A DNA stretch of 64,000 nucleotides from Eledone cirrhosa (taxonomy: Eukaryota). The stretch lies in NCBI GenBank assembly GCA_964016885.1, contig OZ024740.1, positions 343,542,001 through 343,606,000 on the forward strand, in the 5' to 3' direction. A program made the translations under genes and the position numbers. Of the stretch, positions 42,176 to 54,056 are shown in pieces (position 1 is the first letter of the stretch; every line of letters begins with the position of its first letter). The notes beneath the pieces were generated by a model. The model saw nothing but the letters and a program-made list of their open reading frames with translations, had not been told where the DNA came from and made no database searches.

Positions 42176-45100
42176 TTAATTGTAAGTTGTGATGTTGCTG
42201 TTCCACTCATATTTTCTATTTAATTTTGGTTTTAATTCTTTTATGCTTACTGCCTCTGTAATTTGCCTAAACATTGCGTCTTTCTTGTGTGTGGATTCTA
42301 TTTTTATTTCTATGCTCTCTAATTTACCCCTGTGTTCTATCTTAGCATGTTGGTAGAGCACAGATGATTCTTTACTATCTTGGAGGTCTCGCCAGTGTTC
42401 ATTTATTCGTTCCCCTATACTACGAGCTGTCTCACCTATGTACACTATATTTTTGTTTCTACATTGTCCCTCAGTACATCTTATGCTATATACTACATTT
42501 CTAGTTTTACAGTTAATATGGGGGCTTATTTTACAGGTTATACATTTCTTATCTATACATGAGGGTCTTTGGAACGGGTATGTCTTGCTAATAAGTGTTT
42601 TTACGGAGGTACCAGGTCTTTCTACTATCTTAATATTGAGATTATGTTTCTTTAGGGCCCTTCTAAATTTGTAGGCTAGTTCACCTCTAGGGGTTGTATT
42701 GATGAACATTACACTCTGGTATTTATTGCTATCATACCATGAGTTTATTCTATTGGCCTTGTTCTTAGTTCTTTCTATTCTATTCCAAAATTTGCTCCTA
42801 TACAAGGGGCAGGTCCCATTTATGTCATTATTTACCATTTTTTCCCATTTGGTTCTGGCTCCTTTATACACTCTGATTCTATCTCTCTGATTGTAGCCAG
42901 ATAACTGCATACGGTGGATGAAGTGTTGTATGTGTCTCTCTAGTTCTTTGGGGTTGCACATGCGGGACACATTTCTCATCACCCGTACCAAATCCGCAAT
43001 CAGTATGTTGATTTTGGTATGGTCCGAAATGGCCGAGTTTCGGTGGATCAGATGTTTGGAAGTCATGGGTTTGGCATAATGGGAATGGAGGATTTGTTTT
43101 TGGTTGTTAATAGTATCTAACCAGAGCTCTGTGTCTAGTACAGGTAATCGATGGTTGGGGTGTCTACTTGGGTAGTCTATAGTAACTCTAATGCTCTGGT
43201 GGATGGAGTTTGCTATTTGCTGGATGCTTTCCATTGTGTTTTTCTCAGGTTCCTGACTGTTCTTTAGTGGGGGTGTCTTAACTACGATGTTTATATCATC
43301 TACGTAGCGGGAGTACATTATCAGGGTTAATCTGTCTTCTAATTGTTCTTTAAGTTTTTGTTTAAGTCTACTGTCCCACCATACCATGAACAAGTTAGCT
43401 ATGTCGCCTGCAATGCTAACACCAATGGCTGCTCCTTCCTCTTGGGCATATGTTTTACCATTAAATTTGAACATATGTTCCTTAAGGGTTAATTTTATGC
43501 TGGCCCCTACCGCATGTGCAATCATTTTCTTCAGTTCATCGTGGTTTTCGGGTGTCCGTATGGCTCTGGTCCACCCGTTCCATCTATCTGTGTGGGTTTT
43601 CTTGGCCATTGAGGTAATGGTAGGTGGTCTGCCTCTTGCTGGTCTTGTAGGGCACAGGTTGCTAAGGTCATAAGTGTCTAGGTAACTATTACTATGGGTA
43701 AGCTTAAGTAGAAGTCCCAGCTCACTGGTATCAGTCCCACGGAACTCAACCTTGCTCTCGCTGATCATTTCGACGCATTTCTCCACAGCAAAATCCACAT
43801 CAATAGATGGATACAGGGACACAACATCCATACTGCCTATTATGCAGTTTGTTAGGTCCCCAGATCGGTTACCCGCGTCGATTCTGCTGAGGAGGTCCTC
43901 CGTGCTGTCACACACATCTGGGGACATCTCAATGATGGGGCGTATGATCAGGGAGAGGAAGTAGGACAGTCTGTAGTTACTAGCAATGTTAGCCCCACAG
44001 ACTGGCCGTGTTGGTGGTCCCGCGACAGGGTCCCAGCCCGTTTTATGGTCCTTTCGAAGCCCATACAACGCCGGCACGTCATTGTTCCAGGCCTGGAAGT
44101 TGTTGGCAGTCCTTTTGTTGGGCTGCATTATATTTGTCCACATCACCATATGGGCATTGAGGGTTTTTTCTCTGTCCTCATGCTCCTGTGGTGTTACCTC
44201 TCTTGTGTTAGTGATGTGGGGTTGCATTGCCTGGATGTAGTTTGGCAGGCTGTCAACCGACATTCTGCCAGACTTGTCTGTTGGAAAGCATGCTATCTCT
44301 CCATTACGCGAGCGCTGCATGAGCTTACGCAAGCCATTTGCAGATTCTTCTCCCAGTTGCTGGGCCTCTATTCTATTATGCTTCTTGCTATACTGTTCTA
44401 TAATATTTCTAAGTTCGGATTTAGCTATACTAAATTGTGCTTCTGTTTGTTCATCGACCTGCGACGGCAACTGCGTGCGTTTGTTAAATGGCAAAGTCGT
44501 GGCGTGGACTCGTCGTAGGTCGAATGATTTATCGGAGGGATTATAAAACGGAGAGTTCCAGGCTGCTGCTTTATGTGTACTTGCGCTATTGTTAGTTGTG
44601 TTGTTTCTATTTCCACCAACAGCAGCAGCCTCAGCTTCATGGTTGTTTCTATGTCTCTCATAATTACTCCTGTCTCTTTCCACTGGCTCAATGTTGTTAT
44701 CTACCCTATTTTGTGTGTCTGTGTGTTCGTCTTGGTTATTCTCTTTGTCCTTAGTCTCCCTACTCCTTTTAATCCTATTACTTTCTCTTATTTCTCTGAT
44801 TTCTGTGCTACTGTCATTACTTGTTTTCTGTGTCTGTGTGTTTGTTAAGATTGTAGTGGTGGTGAGAGGCATTGAATGTGTGTGTGTTGTTGTTGTTGAT
44901 GTGTGTTGTTGTTGATGTGTGTTGTTGTCTCCGTGTGTGTGTGTGTTATCGTTGTTGTGTGTGTTGTTATTGTTGTTTGTGTTTGCTTGTCTGTTGTTGT
45001 TGTATCTGGGTATGTTGCTGTTGTTGTTGTTGTTGATGTGTGTGTTGTTGTTATTGTTGTCTCCGTGTGTGTTGTTATTGTTGTTTGTGTCTGCGTGTCT

Positions 45101-45982
45101 GTTGTATCTGGGTATGTTGCTATTGTTGGTATTGTATCTGGGTATGTTGCTATTGTTGTTGTTATTGTTGTTTGTGTCTGTGTGTCTGTTGTTGTTGGGA
45201 TGTGTGTTGTATATGTGTGTGCGTATATTGTTGCTTTTGTTTTTGTTTTTGATGCTCCAGCGTAGTTTCGTAAATGATTTTTCTATTTCTGACAGACAAC
45301 TAATCATATTTACCTTCTTGAATGTCGCAAATTTGGGTGGCAGACGTAACACAGACATTTCATTATTATCTATTTTCGTGTTTCCATAAATGTTGGTATT
45401 TTTATTGTTGAACTCTTCAGATAATGAGGTGTCGGCCATGTTGATACCGTCAATTTTGTCGGGATATCTATTGGTATACTCTATAGTATCCCGATTTAGC
45501 TTTGCCTGTTTAAGCCACTTTAATTTTCTGTTAAAGTGCTTATTACATTCTTGAGTAATGTACTGTTCTTCGGGGCGTATAAGGCTTATAAATGTTAGTT
45601 TTTCTGCTGGTGTGGTGATTTTAGATATTTCATCTATTAGGTTACGCTTTAGTTTTTCTTGATGACTTAATTCTCTATAGATCTTCTTTTTTATGTTTAG
45701 AATTAAAGTTCGTTTTAGCCTATCTGCTTGTTTTTTGGTGAGTTGTAATCTTCTAACGTCGGTATTGATGGTGTTGGTGTAGATTCTAGAAGTGGTGCAC
45801 AGTTTTATGAAGTGTAGTTGTCGAGATGTTATGGTTTTTCGTAGACAACAGAACATGGTGGTTTTCAGTATCTTGTTAGCCTGGCTAAGGCTTACGATAT
45901 TTCGTTTCTGAATTTGTTTAGCAAGATTCTTTATCTGAAATCGTGTGTTGAAACCGATATTGTTATACTTTGGGAGGGTCAT
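42176..45982 (-). CDS. PLE polyprotein: reverse transcriptase + Cys linker + GIY-YIG endonuclease
   Basis: LPPKFA, TDKSG, PALYGLRKDHK, RPVC, SMDVVSLYP, GAAIG..IANLFM, RYVDDI, CIDKKCITC, VVYSIRC..YIGETAR..ERINEH; open frame from 46006, first ATG at 45982. Confidence 0.95.
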   Translation of the reverse strand: MTLPKYNNIGFNTRFQIKNLAKQIQKRNIVSLSQANKILKTTMFCCLRKTITSRQLHFIKLCTTSRIYTNTINTDVRRLQLTKKQADRLKRTLILNIKKKIYRELSHQEKLKRNLIDEISKITTPAEKLTFISLIRPEEQYITQECNKHFNRKLKWLKQAKLNRDTIEYTNRYPDKIDGINMADTSLSEEFNNKNTNIYGNTKIDNNEMSVLRLPPKFATFKKVNMISCLSEIEKSFTKLRWSIKNKNKSNNIRTHIYNTHPNNNRHTDTNNNNNNNSNIPRYNTNNSNIPRYNRHADTNNNNNTHGDNNNNNTHINNNNNSNIPRYNNNRQANTNNNNNTHNNDNTHTHGDNNTHQQQHTSTTTTHTHSMPLTTTTILTNTQTQKTSNDSSTEIREIRESNRIKRSRETKDKENNQDEHTDTQNRVDNNIEPVERDRSNYERHRNNHEAEAAAVGGNRNNTTNNSASTHKAAAWNSPFYNPSDKSFDLRRVHATTLPFNKRTQLPSQVDEQTEAQFSIAKSELRNIIEQYSKKHNRIEAQQLGEESANGLRKLMQRSRNGEIACFPTDKSGRMSVDSLPNYIQAMQPHITNTREVTPQEHEDREKTLNAHMVMWTNIMQPNKRTANNFQAWNNDVPALYGLRKDHKTGWDPVAGPPTRPVCGANIASNYRLSYFLSLIIRPIIEMSPDVCDSTEDLLSRIDAGNRSGDLTNCIIGSMDVVSLYPSIDVDFAVEKCVEMISESKVEFRGTDTSELGLLLKLTHSNSYLDTYDLSNLCPTRPARGRPPTITSMAKKTHTDRWNGWTRAIRTPENHDELKKMIAHAVGASIKLTLKEHMFKFNGKTYAQEEGAAIGVSIAGDIANLFMVWWDSRLKQKLKEQLEDRLTLIMYSRYVDDINIVVKTPPLKNSQEPEKNTMESIQQIANSIHQSIRVTIDYPSRHPNHRLPVLDTELWLDTINNQKQILHSHYAKPMTSKHLIHRNSAISDHTKINILIADLVRVMRNVSRMCNPKELERHIQHFIHRMQLSGYNQRDRIRVYKGARTKWEKMVNNDINGTCPLYRSKFWNRIERTKNKANRINSWYDSNKYQSVMFINTTPRGELAYKFRRALKKHNLNIKIVERPGTSVKTLISKTYPFQRPSCIDKKCITCKISPHINCKTRNVVYSIRCTEGQCRNKNIVYIGETARSIGERINEHWRDLQDSKESSVLYQHAKIEHRGKLESIEIKIESTHKKDAMFRQITEAVSIKELKPKLNRKYEWNSNITTYN

Positions 45983-46115
45983 GTTGCCAATAAGAAATAC
46001 ACGCACCAGTTGCTTTCACTTCAATTTAATTTAATATATATTTATAAATTTACAAATTTATAAATTTCTGGTTGGTTGGTTGGTTCCACAACCAGATAGT
46101 TGTTTATATATATAT

Positions 46116-46160
46116 AGTCATAGTTCTTTCGTCACACACTCTGTGACCTCTTCAGTGACT
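46116..46160 (-). ncRNA. minimal hammerhead ribozyme in second pLTR
   Basis: Identical to 41835-41879. Confidence 0.85.
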
Positions 46161-46456
46161 GGGGATTTCTTTCTTCGTTTCTGTGCCTTTCCTTTCTTCT
46201 ATCCTACGCCATTTTGTTTGTGTGTGGGTTGCGTGCTCAGTTTGCGCATGCGCCACATCCGGGTGTCTGTGTGTGTTTGTGTTCATTTTTCTATTTTTCT
46301 ATTTATATTTGTTTGTTTATTTATTTATTTATTGTTGGTTGGTTGTTTGTTCTATGTGTGTGTGTGTTTTCATTTTGTCTTGTGTGTGTTTTCATTTTGT
46401 GTGTGTTTTCAATTGTAAGTTGTTTATATATGTGTGTGTGTGTTTTCATTTTGTCC

Positions 46457-49400
46457 TTAATTGTAAGTTGTGATGTTGCTGTTCCACTCATATTTTCTAT
46501 TTAATTTTGGTTTTAATTCTTTTATGCTTACTGCCTCTGTAATTTGCCTAAACATTGCGTCTTTCTTGTGTGTGGATTCTATTTTTATTTCTATGCTCTC
46601 TAATTTACCCCTGTGTTCTATCTTAGCATGTTGGTAGAGCACAGATGATTCTTTACTATCTTGGAGGTCTCGCCAGTGTTCATTTATTCGTTCCCCTATA
46701 CTACGAGCTGTCTCACCTATGTACACTATATTTTTGTTTCTACATTGTCCCTCAGTACATCTTATGCTATATACTACATTTCTAGTTTTACAGTTAATAT
46801 GGGGGCTTATTTTACAGGTTATACATTTCTTATCTATACATGAGGGTCTTTGGAACGGGTATGTCTTGCTAATAAGTGTTTTTACGGAGGTACCAGGTCT
46901 TTCTACTATCTTAATATTGAGATTATGTTTCTTTAGGGCCCTTCTAAATTTGTAGGCTAGTTCACCTCTAGGGGTTGTATTGATGAACATTACACTCTGG
47001 TATTTATTGCTATCATACCATGAGTTTATTCTATTGGCCTTGTTCTTAGTTCTTTCTATTCTATTCCAAAATTTGCTCCTATACAAGGGGCAGGTCCCAT
47101 TTATGTCATTATTTACCATTTTTTCCCATTTGGTTCTGGCTCCTTTATACACTCTGATTCTATCTCTCTGATTGTAGCCAGAGAACTGCATACGGTGGAT
47201 GAAGTGTTGTATGTGTCTCTCTAGTTCTTTGGGGTTGCACATGCGGGACACATTTCTCATCACCCGTACCAAATCCGCAATCAGTATGTTGATTTTGGTA
47301 TGGTCCGAAATGGCCGAGTTTCGGTGGATCAGATGTTTGGAAGTCATGGGTTTGGCATAATGGGAATGGAGGATTTGTTTTTGGTTGTTAATAGTATCTA
47401 ACCAGAGCTCTGTGTCTAGTACAGGTAATCGATGGTTGGGGTGTCTACTTGGGTAGTCTATAGTAACTCTAATGCTCTGGTGGATGGAGTTTGCTATTTG
47501 CTGGATGCTTTCCATTGTGTTTTTCTCAGGTTCCTGACTGTTCTTTAGTGGGGGTGTCTTAACTACGATGTTTATATCATCTACGTAGCGGGAGTACATT
47601 ATCAGGGTTAATCTGTCTTCTAATTGTTCTTTAAGTTTTTGTTTAAGTCTACTGTCCCACCATACCATGAACAAGTTAGCTATGTCGCCTGCAATGCTAA
47701 CACCAATGGCTGCTCCTTCCTCTTGGGCATATGTTTTACCATTAAATTTGAACATATGTTCCTTAAGGGTTAATTTTATGCTGGCCCCTACCGCATGTGC
47801 AATCATTTTCTTCAGTTCATCGTGGTTTTCGGGTGTCCGTATGGCTCTGGTCCACCCGTTCCATCTATCTGTGTGGGTTTTCTTGGCCATTGAGGTAATG
47901 GTAGGTGGTCTGCCTCTTGCTGGTCTTGTAGGGCACAGGTTGCTAAGGTCATAAGTGTCTAGGTAACTATTACTATGGGTAAGCTTAAGTAGAAGTCCCA
48001 GCTCACTGGTATCAGTCCCACGGAACTCAACCTTGCTCTCGCTGATCATTTCGACGCATTTCTCCACAGCAAAATCCACATCAATAGATGGATACAGGGA
48101 CACAACATCCATACTGCCTATTATGCAGTTTGTTAGGTCCCCAGATCGGTTACCCGCGTCGATTCTGCTGAGGAGGTCCTCCGTGCTGTCACACACATCT
48201 GGGGACATCTCAATGATGGGGCGTATGATCAGGGAGAGGAAGTAGGACAGTCTGTAGTTACTAGCAATGTTAGCCCCACAGACTGGCCGTGTTGGTGGTC
48301 CCGCGACAGGGTCCCAGCCCGTTTTATGGTCCTTTCGAAGCCCATACAACGCCGGCACGTCATTGTTCCAGGCCTGGAAGTTGTTGGCAGTCCTTTTGTT
48401 GGGCTGCATTATATTTGTCCACATCACCATATGGGCATTGAGGGTTTTTTCTCTGTCCTCATGCTCCTGTGGTGTTACCTCTCTTGTGTTAGTGATGTGG
48501 GGTTGCATTGCCTGGATGTAGTTTGGCAGGCTGTCAACCGACATTCTGCCAGACTTGTCTGTTGGAAAGCATGCTATCTCTCCATTACGCGAGCGCTGCA
48601 TGAGCTTACGCAAGCCATTTGCAGATTCTTCTCCCAGTTGCTGGGCCTCTATTCTATTATGCTTCTTGCTATACTGTTCTATAATATTTCTAAGTTCGGA
48701 TTTAGCTATACTAAATTGTGCTTCTGTTTGTTCATCGACCTGCGACGGCAACTGCGTGCGTTTGTTAAATGGCAAAGTCGTGGCGTGGACTCGTCGTAGG
48801 TCGAATGATTTATCGGAGGGATTATAAAACGGAGAGTTCCAGGCTGCTGCTTTATGTGTACTTGCGCTATTGTTAGTTGTGTTGTTTCTATTTCCACCAA
48901 CAGCAGCAGCCTCAGCTTCATGGTTGTTTCTATGTCTCTCATAATTACTCCTGTCTCTTTCCACTGGCTCAATGTTGTTATCTACCCTATTTTGTGTGTC
49001 TGTGTGTTCGTCTTGGTTATTCTCTTTGTCCTTAGTCTCCCTACTCCTTTTAATCCTATTACTTTCTCTTATTTCTCTGATTTCTGTGCTACTGTCATTA
49101 CTTGTTTTCTGTGTCTGTGTGTTTGTTAAGATTGTAGTGGTGGTGAGAGGCATTGAATGTGTGTGTGTTGTTGTTGTTGATGTGTGTTGTTGTTGATGTG
49201 TGTTGTTGTCTCCGTGTGTGTGTGTGTTATCGTTGTTGTGTGTGTTGTTATTGTTGTTTGTGTTTGCTTGTCTGTTGTTGTTGTATCTGGGTATGTTGCT
49301 GTTGTTGTTGTTGTTGATGTGTGTGTTGTTGTTATTGTTGTCTCCGTGTGTGTTGTTATTGTTGTTTGTGTCTGCGTGTCTGTTGTATCTGGGTATGTTG

Positions 49401-49985
49401 CTATTGTTGGTATTGTATCTGGGTATGTTGCTATTGTTGTTGTTATTGTTGTTTGTGTCTGTGTGTCTGTTGTTGTTGGGATGTGTGTTGTATATGTGTG
49501 TGCGTATATTGTTGCTTTTGTTTTTGTTTTTGATGCTCCAGCGTAGTTTCGTAAATGATTTTTCTATTTCTGACAGACAACTAATCATATTTACCTTCTT
49601 GAATGTCGCAAATTTGGGTGGCAGACGTAACACAGACATTTCATTATTATCTATTTTCGTGTTTCCATAAATGTTGGTATTTTTATTGTTGAACTCTTCA
49701 GATAATGAGGTGTCGGCCATGTTGATACCGTCAATTTTGTCGGGATATCTATTGGTATACTCTATAGTATCCCGATTTAGCTTTGCCTGTTTAAGCCACT
49801 TTAATTTTCTGTTAAAGTGCTTATTACATTCTTGAGTAATGTACTGTTCTTCGGGGCGTATAAGGCTTATAAATGTTAGTTTTTCTGCTGGTGTGGTGAT
49901 TTTAGATATTTCATCTATTAGGTTACGCTTTAGTTTTTCTTGATGACTTAATTCTCTATAGATCTTCTTTTTTATGTTTAGAATT
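46457..49985 (-). pseudogene. 5'-truncated second copy of the PLE ORF (RT and EN intact)
   Basis: Identical to copy 1 apart from L/F at RMQxSG; homology stops at 49985. Confidence 0.9.
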
Positions 49986-50028
49986 CAAACATCTGATCCA
50001 CCGAACTCTTCTTTTTTATGTTTAGAAT

Positions 50029-50912
50029 CCAAACATCTGATCCACCGAAACTCGGCCATTTCGGACCATACCAAAATCAACATACTGATTGCGGATTTGG
50101 TACGGGTGATGAGAAATGTGTCCCGCATGTGCAACCCCAAAGAACTAGAGAGACACATACAACACTTCATCCACCGTATGCAGTTCTCTGGCTACAATCA
50201 GAGAGATAGAATCAGAGTGTATAAAGGAGCCAGAACCAAATGGGAAAAAATGGTAAATAATGACATAAATGGGACCTGCCCCTTGTATAGGAGCAAATTT
50301 TGGAATAGAATAGAAAGAACTAAGAACAAGGCCAATAGAATAAACTCATGGTATGATAGCAATAAATACCAGAGTGTAATGTTCATCAATACAACCCCTA
50401 GAGGTGAACTAGCCTACAAATTTAGAAGGGCCCTAAAGAAACATAATCTCAATATTAAGATAGTAGAAAGACCTGGTACCTCCGTAAAAACACTTATTAG
50501 CAAGACATACCCGTTCCAAAGACCCTCATGTATAGATAAGAAATGTATAACCTGTAAAATAAGCCCCCATATTAACTGTAAAACTAGAAATGTAGTATAT
50601 AGCATAAGATGTACTGAGGGACAATGTAGAAACAAAAATATAGTGTACATAGGTGAGACAGCTCGTAGTATAGGGGAACGAATAAATGAACACTGGCGAG
50701 ACCTCCAAGATAGTAAAGAATCATCTGTGCTCTACCAACATGCTAAGATAGAACACAGGGGTAAATTAGAGAGCATAGAAATAAAAATAGAATCCACACA
50801 CAAGAAAGACGCAATGTTTAGGCAAATTACAGAGGCAGTAAGCATAAAAGAATTAAAACCAAAATTAAATAGAAAATATGAGTGGAACAGCAACATCACA
50901 ACTTACAATTAA
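50029..50912 (+). pseudogene. inverted 3' fragment of the PLE ORF (thumb + GIY-YIG)
   Basis: SKHLIHRNSA...EWNSNITTYN is identical to the C-terminus of copy 2. Confidence 0.92.
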
Positions 50913-51208
50913 GGACAAAATGAAAACACACACACACATATATAAACAACTTACAATTGAAAACACACACAAAATGAAAACACACACAAGACAAAATGAA
51001 AACACACACACACATAGAACAAACAACCAACCAACAATAAATAAATAAATAAACAAACAAATATAAATAGAAAAATAGAAAAATGAACACAAACACACAC
51101 AGACACCCGGATGTGGCGCATGCGCAAACTGAGCACGCAACCCACACACAAACAAAATGGCGTAGGATAGAAGAAAGGAAAGGCACAGAAACGAAGAAAG
51201 AAATCCCC

Positions 51209-51253
51209 AGTCACTGAAGAGGTCACAGAGTGTGTGACGAAAGAACTATGACT
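51209..51253 (+). ncRNA. minimal hammerhead ribozyme in inverted pLTR
   Basis: Same motif on the + strand. Confidence 0.85.
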
Positions 51254-51466
51254 ATATATATATAAACAACTATCTGGTTGTGGAACCAACCAACCAACCA
51301 GAAATTTATAAATTTGTAAATTTATAAATATATATTAAATTAAATTGAAGTGAAAGCAACTGGTGCGTGTATTTCTTATTGGCAACATGACCCTCCCAAA
51401 GTATAACAATATCGGTTTCAACACACGATTTCAGATAAAGAATCTTGCTAAACAAATTCAGAAACG

Positions 51467-51500
<34 letters not shown>

Positions 51501-52410
51501 GTAGAACTTTATTATATACAATTATAACCATTATCATTTACCTAAAGTATACTGTATCACTAATACATAATATAAAATATATCCATATATAACTCCCAAG
51601 TATCTTTATATACATAATTTTCAGTTAACTTCTAAATTTTTTGATTGTTTTTACTTTGAGCTAGGAATAATTAATACATGTACACACGGTTATATATGGG
51701 TATATATTTAGTTTTAACATGCCTCAACCTATTATTTTTTTTATTTTCATTTTATTTTCATTATCATTTACCTAAAATATACGGGCTCATTAATTAATTA
51801 ATATATATCTATATACATAACCGTTATTTAAATTTTATAACAATAAGTACTTCAAAAGCTTTATATACCTAATACGTTGACAATAACTAACTTCATTAAA
51901 GATTACATTTAGGAAAATATTCAACAGTGTAAACTTTCCTTAATAATGGCCAGCTAAACCCTTTTAATCTTATCATCAACAAATTCAGAAGCTTAGAAAT
52001 GTTAACACACTTATAAAATTTACAAAACTAATATATAAATAACCACCAATTTAAAAAAACAACAAAATATTGATTCTTCACCCTAAGATAACATAAATTA
52101 AATATTTTCAAACTTAAACGTTTAACTTTCGGAAAAAAATCTCCTTCTGCATACATTACCCCCCTTCTGTCACTGACTGTTATAATTCATGAAATGCTTT
52201 GCTAGATAAATTGTAGTATCATACATATTAAAATCTCGATAACTGGTACATTAAGCAACGTTTTTCTTACTCACACATTCTCTATTGAATTTATTACGTT
52301 TTCGCATTTTCTCATTATTAGGGTATAAATGTTAAATTTTCTCTTAGGTTAATCACTACCTTGATTAAATCTTAACCATTTAACATCTCAGGGTATGTCA
52401 TATATCATTA

Positions 52411-52460
52411 TATTGTGTCTGATGAGGACGTACTGTTGTACATCCGAAATATGTATAATA
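52411..52460 (+). ncRNA. hammerhead-like motif of the host PLE
   Basis: TATTGTGT-CTGATGA-GGACGTAC TGTT GTACATCC-GAAA-TAT-GTATAATA; stem III and cleavage site are ambiguous. Confidence 0.65.
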
Positions 52461-52762
52461 AAATGTAATTGATCAAAAGAACATCTATTTTATTAATATT
52501 TATATTCTAATATTAATAACTCCGGAAAATTATTTTACCGTAAAGTGCTTCCAATCTACTGTAAAACTCATTCTTTGATATACTCATTGAATTTTGTTTA
52601 ACTCTTCAATATATATATTGTTTATTTATTAAAATAACAATTTAAAGTTTAAATAAAGAATCGCTCTATGGTTTTATATATTTTTATATATATATTATCC
52701 TTGTCGATCCCTCTCCGGATTTTCGTCTTCGCATTTATTATTATTACTACCCCCCCCCCCCC

Positions 52763-52819
<57 letters not shown>

Positions 52820-53062
52820 TCGTTTCTGAATTTGTTTAGCAAGATTCTTTATCTGAAATCGTGTGTTGAAACCGATATTGTTATACTTTGGGAGGGTCAT
52901 GTTGCCAATAAGAAACACACGCACCAGTTGCTTTCACTTCAATTTAATTTATTATATATTTATAAATTTACAAATTTATAAATATATAATAAATTAAATT
53001 GAAGTGAAAGCAACTGGTGTGTGTGTTTCTTATTGGCAACATGACCCTCCCAAAGTATAACA

Positions 53063-53063
<1 letters not shown>
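52820..53063. mobile_element. mini-palindrome derived from the PLE 3' terminus (no HHR)
   Basis: Mirror about TTTATAAATTTACAAATTTATAAA; arms end at the same two PLE endpoints in (TA)n. Confidence 0.9.
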
Positions 53064-53112
<49 letters not shown>

Positions 53113-53114
53113 AG

Positions 53115-53278
53115 TAATAATTGTTTCTACATTTGGCACAAGGCCACATATTATCCAGTACATTACTGGTACTTTATTTTATCGACCCCGTAAGGATGAA
53201 AGGCAAAGTTAACCTCGGCGGGATTAGAACTCAGAATGGCAAGGGCTGTAATTCCATGCGTCAAAGCATGGTGTCCGA
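53115..53278 (-). mobile_element. SINE family A
   Basis: Family match. Confidence 0.85.
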
Positions 53279-53432
53279 ATAATAATAGATGAGGGCGTAC
53301 CAACGTTTTTGGTACCCTTGAAATATGTATAATAAAATACACATGGTTTTATAAATATAGTTTTCATTTATTTATATCGGTGCCCCAGCATGGCCTCAGC
53401 CGGATAGCTGGAACAGGTAAAAGAGTAAAAGA

Positions 53433-53508
<76 letters not shown>

Positions 53509-53784
53509 TAGTCTTTATTTCCTCGACACTGAAAGAGTAGACATCCGTGAGATACAAATTCAGAACGTAAAATGGTAAAATGAAATACTGAAAAACATGT
53601 TTGTCTGTAACTCTGCCGGTTCTATAATTTCAACCAACTTCTACTCAAACGGGATTAGAACGTAACTCATTACTTTAAATTATTTAGTTCGACGCTCTTC
53701 CGTTTCTGGGATTGATTAACATTGGTTAGTCATTTTAGGATAAATAATTGATCGCAGCTGGTTTTAATCATTGGTCTAAGCGGC

Positions 53785-53828
53785 CGATTGTTGTTGTTGA
53801 TGATTTTGTTGTTGTTGTTGATTTTGCT

Positions 53829-53863
<35 letters not shown>

Positions 53864-54007
53864 TGTGGCTGTTGTGGTGGTTGCTGTTGCTGTTGCTGTT
53901 GTTGTTGTTGCTGTTGTTGTTGTTGCTGTTGCTGCTGCTGTTGTTGTTGTTGTTGTTGTTGTTGTTGCTGTTGCTGCTGCTGCGGTTGTTGTTGTTGATG
54001 ATTTTGC

Positions 54008-54056
<49 letters not shown>

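Larger units (their letters stand above)
41680..51470 (-). mobile_element. young Penelope-like retroelement array: full unit + truncated tandem unit + inverted 3' fragment
   Basis: 4281-bp period with near identity; pLTRs at 41680-42175, 45961-46456 and (inverted) 50913-51470; (TA)n at both ends. Confidence 0.97.
40678..52512 (+). mobile_element. host PLE remnant (Naiad-like) with inverted 5' copy of its 3' end, interrupted by the younger PLE
   Basis: 40678-41011 is the near-perfect reverse complement of 52178-52512; ORF tail at 41009-41266; HHR-like core at 52411-52460 and its mirror at 40728-40777. Confidence 0.75.

Noticed and set aside
42380-49670. Plus-strand ORFs overlapping the PLE
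   Set aside because: Antisense shadows of the RT/EN frame
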